In this document: one piece after another, positions 1-10,700 of the stretch
Layout: each line of letters begins with the position of its first letter
How positions within the stretch are numbered: position 1 is the first letter of the stretch
Assembly: GCA_965202665.1 (NCBI GenBank)
Contig: OZ241841.1
Location: 1,024,001 to 1,088,000 of the forward strand
From: Candidatus Spongiisociaceae bacterium
GTDB taxonomy: Bacteria > Actinomycetota > Acidimicrobiia > Spongiisociales > Spongiisociaceae
Direction: 5' to 3'
Length of the DNA stretch: 64,000 bases
The notes under the pieces: generated by a model
Databases searched by the model: none
Told to the model about the DNA's origin: nothing
The model's input: only the letters and a program-made list of their open reading frames with translations
Program-made: the position numbers and the translations under genes

Positions 1-3000
1 CAGACTTTGCCGGAGGGTGAGGCGGCGGCGGTGCGGGTACGGGCCCGGTTCACATCAGCTACTACCAACGACTTGACCGCCGCGCATACGGTTCAGGTGA
101 CCGCGGAGGAGGGTTCTCCGGTGTCGGCGACCAGCGGGGGTGTTGATTTCACCGCCCCCGGCACGACTGCGACGGTGACTATGCCCGTCGGAACCGCCCT
201 GCAAAGCGGCTGGGTGAATCTCACCGGCCTGTCGGTGGCGGATGACACGATAGCGGAAGGAGCGGAGACTTTTCTCATCACCGGCACCGCAACAGGCGGG
301 ACGGTGGTTGCGGAGACGATAACTATCGTCGACGACGACGTTGACGTAACACTGTCCGCGTCTCCGGCGGAGGTGGTGGAGCAAGCGGCGGATCATCAGA
401 TAATGGTAACCGCCCGTTTTCAGGGTGCTACTTCGGTGTTGTCGGCGGCGACTCCGGTGACGGTAACGGTCGGGTCGGCGGACACCAGCGGCGCGACGGT
501 GCATACCGCGGTATGTTCTACGATGACGATGACAGCGGATGTGTGCACCAACCAGACGAACAATCAGTTCACGGTCAGCATCCCCGCCGGGGATGTCAGC
601 GGTTCGGGTTCTTTTCAGCTGCGGGCCCGCGCCGATGGGGATGACACTGAGGGTATCGAGTATTTGAAACTGACCGGTTCTACTTCTATAGGTCAGGTGG
701 CGTCCGCTCAGATGGGCGTTTTCGATCCGGGTCGGGCGGTTACTTTGTCTTTCCATGAGCCGACCAGCGCCGCTCCGGCCTTGTCGGGGATTACCGAGGA
801 TGGGGGGGCGCAGACGGTGCGGGTGAAAGCCACCCTCGGCGCAGCCGCCTCATCGTCCGCCACGGTGACCGTAAACGTAGGGGCCGCGGGCGGAACCGCC
901 ACTTTGGGAGCAACCGGGGACTACACCCGCGGGAGCGCCACGGCGACTATCACCATCGCTAGCGGCCAAACCAGTGGGACGGCCGATGTTGTGCTCACTC
1001 CCCGCAACGACGGAACGATTGAGGGGGCGGAAACCATTCGTTTCACCGCTTCCGCTACCGGCGGGTATCTGCCCGCGGTCGCTGATTTGTCCATTTTGGA
1101 GACGATCACTTTGGCCCTAAGCCAATCCACAGTAGATGAAAGAGACGCCAACGCCGGAGCCGTAACCGTTACCGCCTCATTCGCCGGGGCGTCCAGCTCC
1201 TCCCTCACCCAAGCCACCGACATAACCCTGTCGTTCGGGGCGGGAGAGAACGCGGAAGCGACGGATTTCACCGCCCCCGGTACCGCGGTAACGGTGACCA
1301 TCCCCGCTGGTTCTACTAGTAGTTCGGCGGTTGCTCTGTCTGGTTTGCTGATCACGGGGGACACGATCGCCGAGGACGCGGAAACTATCGACATCGACGG
1401 TACCGCCGGGGGGTTCGCGGTTAGCGGAACGACGCTGGTCATAACCGACGACGATCTAGAAGTGACCCTGACAGCGGATACTGACAGCATGGAAAGCGGG
1501 AATCAGAAAACCCTGTCGGAGGGCTCAACGGTTGCGGTGCGCGTGCGGGCCGCGTTCACCACCGCCACCAGCAACGATATAGGATCCGCTCTGCAAGTAC
1601 GCGTGACCGCGGAGGCTTTGTCGCCGGCGTCGGCTGAGGCGGGGGGAATCGATTTCACCCCTCCTGCTACCCCGGTTACGGTGTCCATCCCCGCCGGACA
1701 AACGCAAAGCGCTTGGACGAACTTGACGGGCCTGTTGGTTACGGATGATGCGGTAACCGAGTTGGCGGAAACGTTCAGAATCGCCGGAACGTCGGTGAAC
1801 AGCGGCGTAGGGATTACCCCGGACACGTTGACTATCGGAGCCAGCGACACCACTTTGGAAGTAACCGCCTCGCCGGGGAGGGTGACGGAAAGCACCGACG
1901 CCCACAACATAACGGTAACCGCCGGGTTCGCCGGAGCCACCTCCTCCGCGCTAACAACCAACACCGACGTAACGGTAACAATAACAGCCGGGGACACCAA
2001 CGGAGCCACCGTGGCGACAGCATGCTCTCAGACAATGACCGAAGATGTGTGCACCGACCAGACAGGCAACTCCTTCACCATCCGCATCCCCGCCGGGCAG
2101 CATCATCATACGGGGTCGTTTCAGCTGACCGCCCGGGTTGACACAGACGCGGAAACTACTGCGGAAACGGTGAAAATCAGCGGCTCGGCCACCGTCGCCG
2201 GAACATCCACCTCCGACGCCGCCACCATCAACATCGCGGACAGCGGCATACGGCTTGCCCTGACCAACCCCTCCAACAACAACGCCCTGTCCGCATTGGC
2301 GGAAAACAGCGGAACAACCACCATACGGGTTACCGCCACCCTGCCGGTGAACGCCCCTACCGGCGGCACGGTGGTGGGCCTGGAGATCGACGAGGACAGC
2401 ACCGCCACCGCGGACCCCAACAACGTTTGGACCAACCGGGAAGACTACCGAGTGGCCTGGCCCTCTAAACCGAGCGGAACCCCCAACGACTACAACACCG
2501 GCATCACCATCCCCGCCGGTACCAAAACCGGCTACGTGGATATAGATATTACGGTAAACGATGACAACGTCGACGAACCGACAAGAAGGATAATCATCGA
2601 CGGCAGTCATGTAACAATCAACAACGTGGATTATCACACGGTAGCCGCCGCCCTCACCATCAACGACAACGACGGCCCTCCCACCGCTATCACCCTCACC
2701 CTGCACAGCACCCGCGCCGACAGCAGCGGGGAACACCTCACCCAAGCCCACGAAAACGAAGAAACCCGGGTGCGGGTGGTAGCCACCTTCCAGGGAACAG
2801 CCACCCGCTCCGCCGCCACCTTCGTCCCCATCGTGGTCGGCAAAACCGGGGAAGCCACCGAAGGAACCGACTACCAAACGGTAGCCGACTTCAATGTGGA
2901 AATCCCCGGCTACCAAAACAGCGGCACCGACACTTTCCTGCTCAAAACCGACGGAACATACAACGACGCAACCTTTGAGGGCCCGGAAACGCTAACCGTC

Positions 3001-4566
3001 GCCGGCGGAACGCTCGCCGGATTCACGATCGCGCAAGACACCCTCACCCTCATCGACGACGACCTGACCGTAACCCTCACCCTCACCCCAAACCAAGGGA
3101 CCGAAGGAGACACCAACACGTCCGTAACCCTACAAGCCGCCTACCCGACCGGGGAAACCCTCCCCAACCCCCACACCATAACCCTCGCCCTCGGGGGAAC
3201 CGCCGCCGCCGTCGACTACACCGCCCCCGCCCTCACCCCCCTAACCATCCTCGCTAATCAAAACAGCGCCACCCGAACCCTCAGCTTGCCTATCACCGAT
3301 GACAGCATCGATGAACCGGATGAAACCGTACAGATAACTGGAACCTCCGCCGGAATCACTATCACCCCCGCCACGTTTACTATCAAAGACAACGACGATC
3401 CACCCAGCGGCGTCACCCTCACCGTCAACCCCAACAGCTTACCCGAAGGGCAAACCAACCGCCAGATCACCATCACCGCCCGGCTGGACGGCTCCACCAC
3501 CCGATCTGAAACCACCCAAGTGGCTATAACCATCCCCGGCCCCGACAGCACCACCACCCCCGCCGACTACCAAATCACCAACCAGCCCACCACCATAACC
3601 ATCCGCCCCGCAACACAAACCGGTAGCGCAACCTTTAACATAACCATCCCCAACACCGACGGCCCCGAACCAAACGAAACCCTGCAGATAACCGGAACCG
3701 CCGCCGGATTCACCGCCATCACCCCCGCCGTCCTCACCATCCGCAACAGCGCACCCCCGCCCCCGCCCCCGCCGCCCCCAACCAGCACACCAAGCGCACC
3801 CACCGGAGGAGGAGGCGGAGGAGGTGGAGGTGGTGGAGGGGGCGGAGGAGGAGGGGGTGCGCCGCCGCCGGCCGCGCCGCCACCCGCCGCCGGAGGAGGA
3901 GCGCCGCCCCCCGCCGCAGGAGGGGCCCCGCCGCCTGCTGGGCCCGCCCCGCCGGTTGCGCCGCCGCCTGCGCCGGTGGCCTGTCAGGGTCGGTTCTGCG
4001 ACGACGACGGCAGCGTCCACGAACCCAACATCGCGTTGATGGCCGAATGGGGAATAACCATCGGATGCGACGCCAACGACCCCACCAAATACTGCCCCAG
4101 CGCCCAAATCACCCGCAGGCAAATGGCCACCTTCATCTACCGAGCCGTCAACCCCCGCTGGCCCATCCAAATCCCCACCGGCGTAACAATCAACGACGTC
4201 CCCGCCGACGCCAGCTACCGCCCCTACGCCAACTGGCTGGTAAGCATCGGAGCCTTCCAGCTAAACGACGGGAACTTCAACCCCCGGGGCATAGTAACCC
4301 GAGCCGACATGGCCGTCATGATGGTCGCCGCTTTCCCCCACATCCAAGCCGTAACCGAATCGCAAAACCTGTTCGCCGACACCGGCAATCTGGACGCAGC
4401 GGTAGTGCGGGCTATTGAAGGCATAGCCGAAAGCGAAGTAACCAGGGGATGCACCACCACGCCCCCCCTCAGATACTGTCCCAACAATCCGGTGACCCGC
4501 GCCCAGATGGCGTCCTTCTTCGTAAGAGTAATCAACCAAGCCCCCACCACCGACGGAGGATCATAA
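1..4566 (+). CDS. Giant Calx-beta/Ig-like repeat surface protein with Pro/Gly linker and C-terminal SLH domains (5' end outside window)
   Basis: Repeated 'DDTIAEGAETF..TITIVDDD' Calx-beta-like motifs, poly-P/poly-G linker, SLH-like 'QITRRQMATFIYR', 'VTRADMAVMM', 'VTRAQMASFFVR'; frame open from the window edge; colinear with ~7290-11803. Confidence 0.85.
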   Translation, partial: QTLPEGEAAAVRVRARFTSATTNDLTAAHTVQVTAEEGSPVSATSGGVDFTAPGTTATVTMPVGTALQSGWVNLTGLSVADDTIAEGAETFLITGTATGGTVVAETITIVDDDVDVTLSASPAEVVEQAADHQIMVTARFQGATSVLSAATPVTVTVGSADTSGATVHTAVCSTMTMTADVCTNQTNNQFTVSIPAGDVSGSGSFQLRARADGDDTEGIEYLKLTGSTSIGQVASAQMGVFDPGRAVTLSFHEPTSAAPALSGITEDGGAQTVRVKATLGAAASSSATVTVNVGAAGGTATLGATGDYTRGSATATITIASGQTSGTADVVLTPRNDGTIEGAETIRFTASATGGYLPAVADLSILETITLALSQSTVDERDANAGAVTVTASFAGASSSSLTQATDITLSFGAGENAEATDFTAPGTAVTVTIPAGSTSSSAVALSGLLITGDTIAEDAETIDIDGTAGGFAVSGTTLVITDDDLEVTLTADTDSMESGNQKTLSEGSTVAVRVRAAFTTATSNDIGSALQVRVTAEALSPASAEAGGIDFTPPATPVTVSIPAGQTQSAWTNLTGLLVTDDAVTELAETFRIAGTSVNSGVGITPDTLTIGASDTTLEVTASPGRVTESTDAHNITVTAGFAGATSSALTTNTDVTVTITAGDTNGATVATACSQTMTEDVCTDQTGNSFTIRIPAGQHHHTGSFQLTARVDTDAETTAETVKISGSATVAGTSTSDAATINIADSGIRLALTNPSNNNALSALAENSGTTTIRVTATLPVNAPTGGTVVGLEIDEDSTATADPNNVWTNREDYRVAWPSKPSGTPNDYNTGITIPAGTKTGYVDIDITVNDDNVDEPTRRIIIDGSHVTINNVDYHTVAAALTINDNDGPPTAITLTLHSTRADSSGEHLTQAHENEETRVRVVATFQGTATRSAATFVPIVVGKTGEATEGTDYQTVADFNVEIPGYQNSGTDTFLLKTDGTYNDATFEGPETLTVAGGTLAGFTIAQDTLTLIDDDLTVTLTLTPNQGTEGDTNTSVTLQAAYPTGETLPNPHTITLALGGTAAAVDYTAPALTPLTILANQNSATRTLSLPITDDSIDEPDETVQITGTSAGITITPATFTIKDNDDPPSGVTLTVNPNSLPEGQTNRQITITARLDGSTTRSETTQVAITIPGPDSTTTPADYQITNQPTTITIRPATQTGSATFNITIPNTDGPEPNETLQITGTAAGFTAITPAVLTIRNSAPPPPPPPPPTSTPSAPTGGGGGGGGGGGGGGGGGGAPPPAAPPPAAGGGAPPPAAGGAPPPAGPAPPVAPPPAPVACQGRFCDDDGSVHEPNIALMAEWGITIGCDANDPTKYCPSAQITRRQMATFIYRAVNPRWPIQIPTGVTINDVPADASYRPYANWLVSIGAFQLNDGNFNPRGIVTRADMAVMMVAAFPHIQAVTESQNLFADTGNLDAAVVRAIEGIAESEVTRGCTTTPPLRYCPNNPVTRAQMASFFVRVINQAPTTDGGS

Positions 4567-4637
4567 CCCCCCTGGTTCAAAAGGTGGCCAAATTGGGGAA
4601 ACGGCGGTTCAACGCCTTGCTGGCGCGGGGGGTTGAT

Positions 4638-4664
4638 TTGACAAATTGGGGGGGGGGGTAGCGT
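4638..4664 (+). promoter_or_regulatory. Putative sigma70-type promoter with a poly-G (G11) spacer
   Basis: TTGACA at 4638-4643, G11 at 4648-4658, TAGCGT at 4659-4664 (15-bp spacer), 60 bp upstream of the ATG at 4724. Confidence 0.6.
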
Positions 4665-4723
4665 TTTTCGTAATCGGCCCCGTTTACGGGCTGGACCGGA
4701 AAGCGAAGGATGGAGGTTGGGTG

Positions 4724-7700
4724 ATGCGACGGCTGGGGCTGTTGGCGTTGGCGACGGGAATGGTCCTGTCGGTGTTGCCGGTTGCGCCTGCGGAGGTGGG
4801 GGCGCAGACGACGGTTACGCTCAGTTGGGTTGATCCTTCGGGCAACGCGGTGACCTCGGTGGGGGAGGACATCGGTTCGAGGATCTTGCGGTTGAAGGCG
4901 TCGGTGACCTCGGCGCCATCCTCCGATTTGCGGGTGTTGCTTGATAGTACGCCGGGCGGTACCGCCTCTGGAACAACGTGGCGTGATGCTAGAACCTTCG
5001 AGGATCGTAACTTAGGGCGTCCTCCGAGGATTGTTTGCAATGGTGCTGATTACTGTGTTAACGTACCTTATTCAGTAACAATTAGCGCGGGCACTACTAC
5101 CGGTACTAGTTCTAATACTACATTCTATCTGAAGTCGGACAGGATTACGGAGGATCATGAGACCATCCTGATCAGTGGCACCTTTGCCGGGTATACGGTG
5201 ACTGACGCTACTTTGAGGATTACCGATCAGGACCGGGCAATTAAAGTGGATGTAGCGTCAGATTATTTAGTACTGCGGGAGAGAGGAGAAGGTGAATCTA
5301 ATAATCGAAACTATGGTCATATCTATTGGGATAGTCCGAATGCTATTGTGGGTGGGGTGACGAATGGTGTGTTCACTGCTTCTACTTCTTCAACATACAA
5401 CGCAAGGTTGTCGGGAATGCGGCTAAGATTTGACAGCGGGACAGCTACGGTATCCAACTGGGATAACAGTGCTAGCTATGATGTCTATCATCAGCATGGT
5501 CCTGCTGACGATGTAATGAATGCAGCGATAAACGCTAGATCTATTTCCGGGGCTGTCGCTGGCGATACCCCGGGTATTCGACTTGCTTTGGGAATAATCG
5601 CTGATAGGAAGGTGGAGATGGATGAGATATTTTATCTTAAGGTGGACGTTCCGCAGGGTTGGACCCAGTTTAGAACTCCGATAACTGTTAAGGATGCGAA
5701 TCGTCGGATGGGTTTAACGGTGGATACTGATAGTGAGGCTATGGGGGATCAGGATGTGTTGACGGAGGGTGATCCTGGTTCGGGGGTGTCGGTGTCGGCT
5801 AGTTTTTGGAACGCAACGCAGTCGCAGGTTTCTTCGGCGACGACGGTGACGTTGTCGGCGACGGCGCAGACTCCGGCGGGGGCGGGGAAGGCCACATCGG
5901 CTGATTTCACGTATGCTCCGTCCACGGCGAATACGATTTCTTTCCCGGCTGGAAGCGCGACTGCTTCGGGTACGGCGACGTTGGCGGGGTTGACGGTTAC
6001 CGATGATATGGTTGTGGAGGGGCCGGAAACCTTCTATGTGGGTGGGTCGTCGGCGCTGGGAACGGCTAGGGGGTCTGTGTTGACGATTTATGACGATGAC
6101 GCTGATATTGAGTTGGAGGTGTCTCCGTCGTCGGTGGAGGAGCAGGCGACAGCGCAGCGGGTTACGGTGACGGCCCGGTTTAAGGGGTCGTCGTCGGTTT
6201 TGACGTCGGCGACTGATGTGGCGGTGACGGTGGCGGGGTCGGGTGGGGCTTCTTTGGGGTGTCCGGCGAATACGAACGATGCTTGTACTAGTTTGACTAA
6301 TAATCAGATGACGGTGTCTATTCCGGCGGGTGCGACGTCGGGGAGCGACACGTTTATGGTGACGGTTCCTGATGATAGTACGAGCGAGACGGGGGAGAAG
6401 TTGACGGTGTCGGGGGCGGCGTCGGTGGGTGGGACAGCGGTGTTGGTGGAGTCGGCGGATTTGCCGATTATCGACGCGGGGACGCGGGTGGATTTGTCTT
6501 TGCATGAGGCGACGGCGGGGGAGGCGGCGTTGGCGGGGATAGCGGAGGATGGGGGGGCGCGGACGGTGCGGGTGAAGGCTACTGCGAGGGCGGCGGTGAC
6601 CTCGGACACGACCATTAGCGTGAACGTGGGGGCAACGGGGGGTACGGCGACTTTGGGGACATGCTCGGGGAGCGGTCAGTCCCGGTCGTGCGCGAGCGGT
6701 GATTATGATCGGGGGTCGGAGACGGTGGATGTGACGATTGCGTCGGGTGAGACTTCCGGGACGGCGGATGTGACGATCACTCCTTTGTTGGATACGGTGG
6801 CGGAGGGGGAGGAAACTGTTCGATTTACCGGTTCCGCTTCTGGGTTCGCGGTGTTTCCCGTTGATTTGAAAATTACTGAAGAGATTACGTTGACGCTTAG
6901 CCAGTCATCGGTTGGCGAGGGCGCAACGAATGCGGGTGCGGCGTCGGTGACGGCGGCGTTTGCGGGAGCGACTACTTCAGAGTTGAGCGGGGCGACGGTT
7001 GTTACGTTGTCGTTTGGGGCGGGCGAGAACGCGGAGGCGCAGGATTTCACCGCTCCGGGCACGGCGTTGACGTTGAGCATCCCGGCTTCTTCCACTTCTA
7101 GTTCCGCTACCGCTCTAACCGGTTTGCTGATTACGGGGGATGCGATCGCGGAAGGGGAGGAGAAAATCGATGTTGGGGGGACGGCGGAGGGGTTTGGGGT
7201 GAGCGGAACGGAGTTGGCGATAACCGACGATGATATGGGGGTTACTTTGACGGTGGACACGGACAGCGCGTCCGGGGTGCAGAGAAACCTGTCGGAGGGT
7301 GAGGCGGCGGCGGTGCGGGTGCGTGCCGCTTTCACTAGCGCCACTTCCAATGGTTTAGGATCCGCTCTGCAAATAAGCGTCACCGCGGGGGCTTCGTCGC
7401 CGGCGTCGGCGACTGGAGGGGGTGTTGATTTCACAGCTCCCGGTACGGCGGTGGTGTTGTCTATACCAACCGGGTCGACCAGCTTGCAAAGCAGCTGGGC
7501 GGATCTCACCGGGTTGTCGGTAGCGGATGATACGGTAGCGGAAGGGTCGGAGACGTTTCTCGTCACCGGTACCGCAACAGGCGGCGCGACGGTGGCTTCA
7601 GACACGATAACTATCGTTGATGATGACGTTGACGTGACTTTGTCGGCGTCTCCGGCGGAGGTGGTGGAGCAAGCGGCGGCGCATCAGATAACGGTAACCG

Positions 7701-10700
7701 CCCGTTTCCAGGGGGCCACCTCGGTGCTGTCAGCGGCGACTCCGGTAACAGTGACAGTCGCCCCAGCGGACACCAACTGGGCAGGGGTACAGACGGCGGC
7801 GTGTCCTATTTCGTCATCGGCGGATGTGTGCACCGACCAAACGAACAATCAGTTCACGATCAGCATCCCCGCCGGGGACGTCAACGCCTCGGGTTCCTTC
7901 CAACTGCAAGCCCGCGTCGACGGGGATAACACCGAGGATATCGAATACTTGAAACTCACCGGTGCTACTTCCATAGGCTCGGTAGCCCCCGCTCAGATGG
8001 GCGTTTACGACCCAGACCGGCAGATTACTTTGTCCTTCCATCAGGCCTCCAGCGGCGACCCTGCCCTGTCGGGCATTACCGAGGACGGGGGCGCGCAGAC
8101 GGTACGGGTGAAAGCCACCCTCGGCGGAAACGCCGCGTCGGCTACCACAGTGACCGTAAACGTGGGGGCCGCAGGCGGAACCGCCACCCTGGGATCCACC
8201 GGGGATTACACCCGCGGGAGCGCCACCGCGACTATCACCATCAACAGCAACCAAGCCGATGGAACAGCCGACGTTGTGCTCACTCCCCGCAATGACGGAA
8301 CAGCCGAAGGAGCGGAGACCGTCCGTTTCACCGCCTCCGCTACTGGGTATCTGCCCGACTCCGCCGACCTGTCCATCACTGAAGCCATCCAGTTGACGGT
8401 CAGCCGGTCTTCGGTGGGTGAGGGAGCGGGAAACGCGGGAGCGGCGTCGGTGACGGCTTCCTTCGCGGGGGCGTCCAGCTCCTCACTCACCCAACCAACG
8501 GATGTCACCTTGACCTTCGGGGCGGGCGAGGACGCGGAAGCGGCGGATTTCACCGCCCCGGGCGCCGCGCTAACGGTGAGCATCCCCGCTGGTTCCACCA
8601 CCAGCTCGGCTACCGCCTTGACCGGTTTGCTGATCACGGGGGATGCCATCGCCGAGGGAGCGGAGAAGATCGATATCGGGGGCACGGCGGGGGGCTTCCG
8701 GGTGAGCGGAACGGAGCTGGGGATAGCGGACGACGACTTGGGGGTGACTGTAGAAGCGGATACGGACAGCGTAATGAACGGGGAGCAAAAAAACCTGTCG
8801 GAAGGAACCACCCCCGCGGTGCGGGTACGGGCCAAGTTCACCACCGCTACCTCCAATGATTTGGGATCCGCTCTGCAGGTGCGCGTCGCCGCCGGGGTTT
8901 CGTCGCCGCAGTCGGCCGTGGGCGGGGGAACAGATTTCACCGCTCCCGCTACGCCGGTTACGGTGTCCATTCCCACCGGTCCAAACAGTGTGGAAAGCGC
9001 ATGGGCGAACCTGACAGGACTTGCGGTTACGGACGATGCGGTGACCGAGCCGGCGGAAACCTTTGCCATCACCGGTACCGTTTCCGGGAGAAGCGACGTG
9101 ACGATAACTTCGGATACGTTGACTATCGGGGCCAGCGACACCGCTTTGGAGGTTGCCGCGTCGCCGGGGACGGTGCATGAAAGCGGTTCTGCTCATACGA
9201 TAAGGGTGACCGCCGGGTTCGCCGGAGCGACCTCATCGGCTTTGTCGGCGGGCACCGCGGTGACGGTAGCGGTAGCGGCCGGGGACACCGACGGAGCCAC
9301 GGTGGCGGCGTCATGTTCTCAGTCGATGACCGAAGATGTTTGCACCGATCAGACGGGCAACTCATTTACCGTCACCATCCCCGCCGGGCAAACCAGCCAT
9401 ACGGGAACGTTCCATCTGACCGCCCGGGACGACAACGCAGCGGAAGGTGTGGAAAAGGTGAAAATCAGCGGCTCGGCCACCGTCGCCGGAGAATCAGAAT
9501 CGGATTCCGACACTATTAACGTTGTGGACAGCGGGATCACCCTTTCCTTAACCAACGCCTCCAATAACAACGCGGTGTCCGCGTTATCTGAGAGCAGTGC
9601 GTCTACCACTATACGGGTGACCGCTACTCTGCCCGCTGGTACGACCGTCCCTTCCGGGGGGGTGGTGGTAGGTCTGAACATAGCCGGTACCGCTACTGCG
9701 GACTCCGACAACGTTTGGACGGAAGAAGAGGACTACCGAATCAGCCTGCCCCCCAAACCGGCTTCCACTCCTGATGGGTACGCCACCGGCGTCACCATCG
9801 CGCAGGGGGAAACCAGCGGCGCCGCCGATATTACCATCACGGTGAACGATGACAACGTAGACGAACCGGACAAAACCATAACCGTCAACGGCAGCACGGT
9901 AACCATCAGCAGCGTCGTCTACCACACGGTAGCCGCTGCGTTGACTATCAGCGACAACGACGACCCGCCCGCCAACATCGACCTCGCCCTCCACCGCGAC
10001 GACGAGGGCGACATCGGGGCGGCGCTCACCCAAGTACCTGAAGGAGGCGAAGACGTAGTGTGGGTGCGGGCTTCTTTTCAGGGAACCGTCACCCGCTCCG
10101 CCGCTACTTCCGTGCCGATTGTGGTCGGTAAAGCCGCCGGGGAATCCACACCAGGAACTGACTATCAAACGGTAAGCGCCTTCAACGTGGTGATCGACCC
10201 CTACCAAACCAGCGGAACCGGCACCTTCACCCTCAAAACCGACGGAACATATGACGACGAAAACCTTGAAGGGAACGAAACGTTGACCGTCGCCGGCGGA
10301 ACCCTCGCCGGTTTCACCATCGGGCAAGACACCCTCACCATCATCGACGACGAAACCATCACCCTCACCCTCACCCCAGACGAGGTGAATGAAGGAGACG
10401 CGGTCGCGGCCGCAACCCTGCGAGCCGCCTACCCGGGCGCGGCCCTCACCACCTCCCAAACCATAAACCTGGCCCTCGGAGGAGACGCCGTCGCCGGAAC
10501 CGACTACACCGCCCCCACCCTCACCACACTGGAAATCCCCGCCAACCAAAACAGCGCCACCCTCCCCACCTTCGCCCTGCAAACCACCGAGGACAACATC
10601 GCCGAAGGAGACGAAATTTTGCAAATAACCGGAACGGTCGCCGGATACGCCGTCACCCCCGCCGCTTTCACCATCAAAGACGACGACAACCCACCCACTA

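Noticed and set aside
3750-3975. G/C-rich low-complexity tract as a regulatory or mobile repeat
   Set aside because: Encodes the in-frame Pro/Gly linker, also present in the paralog at ~11040-11215
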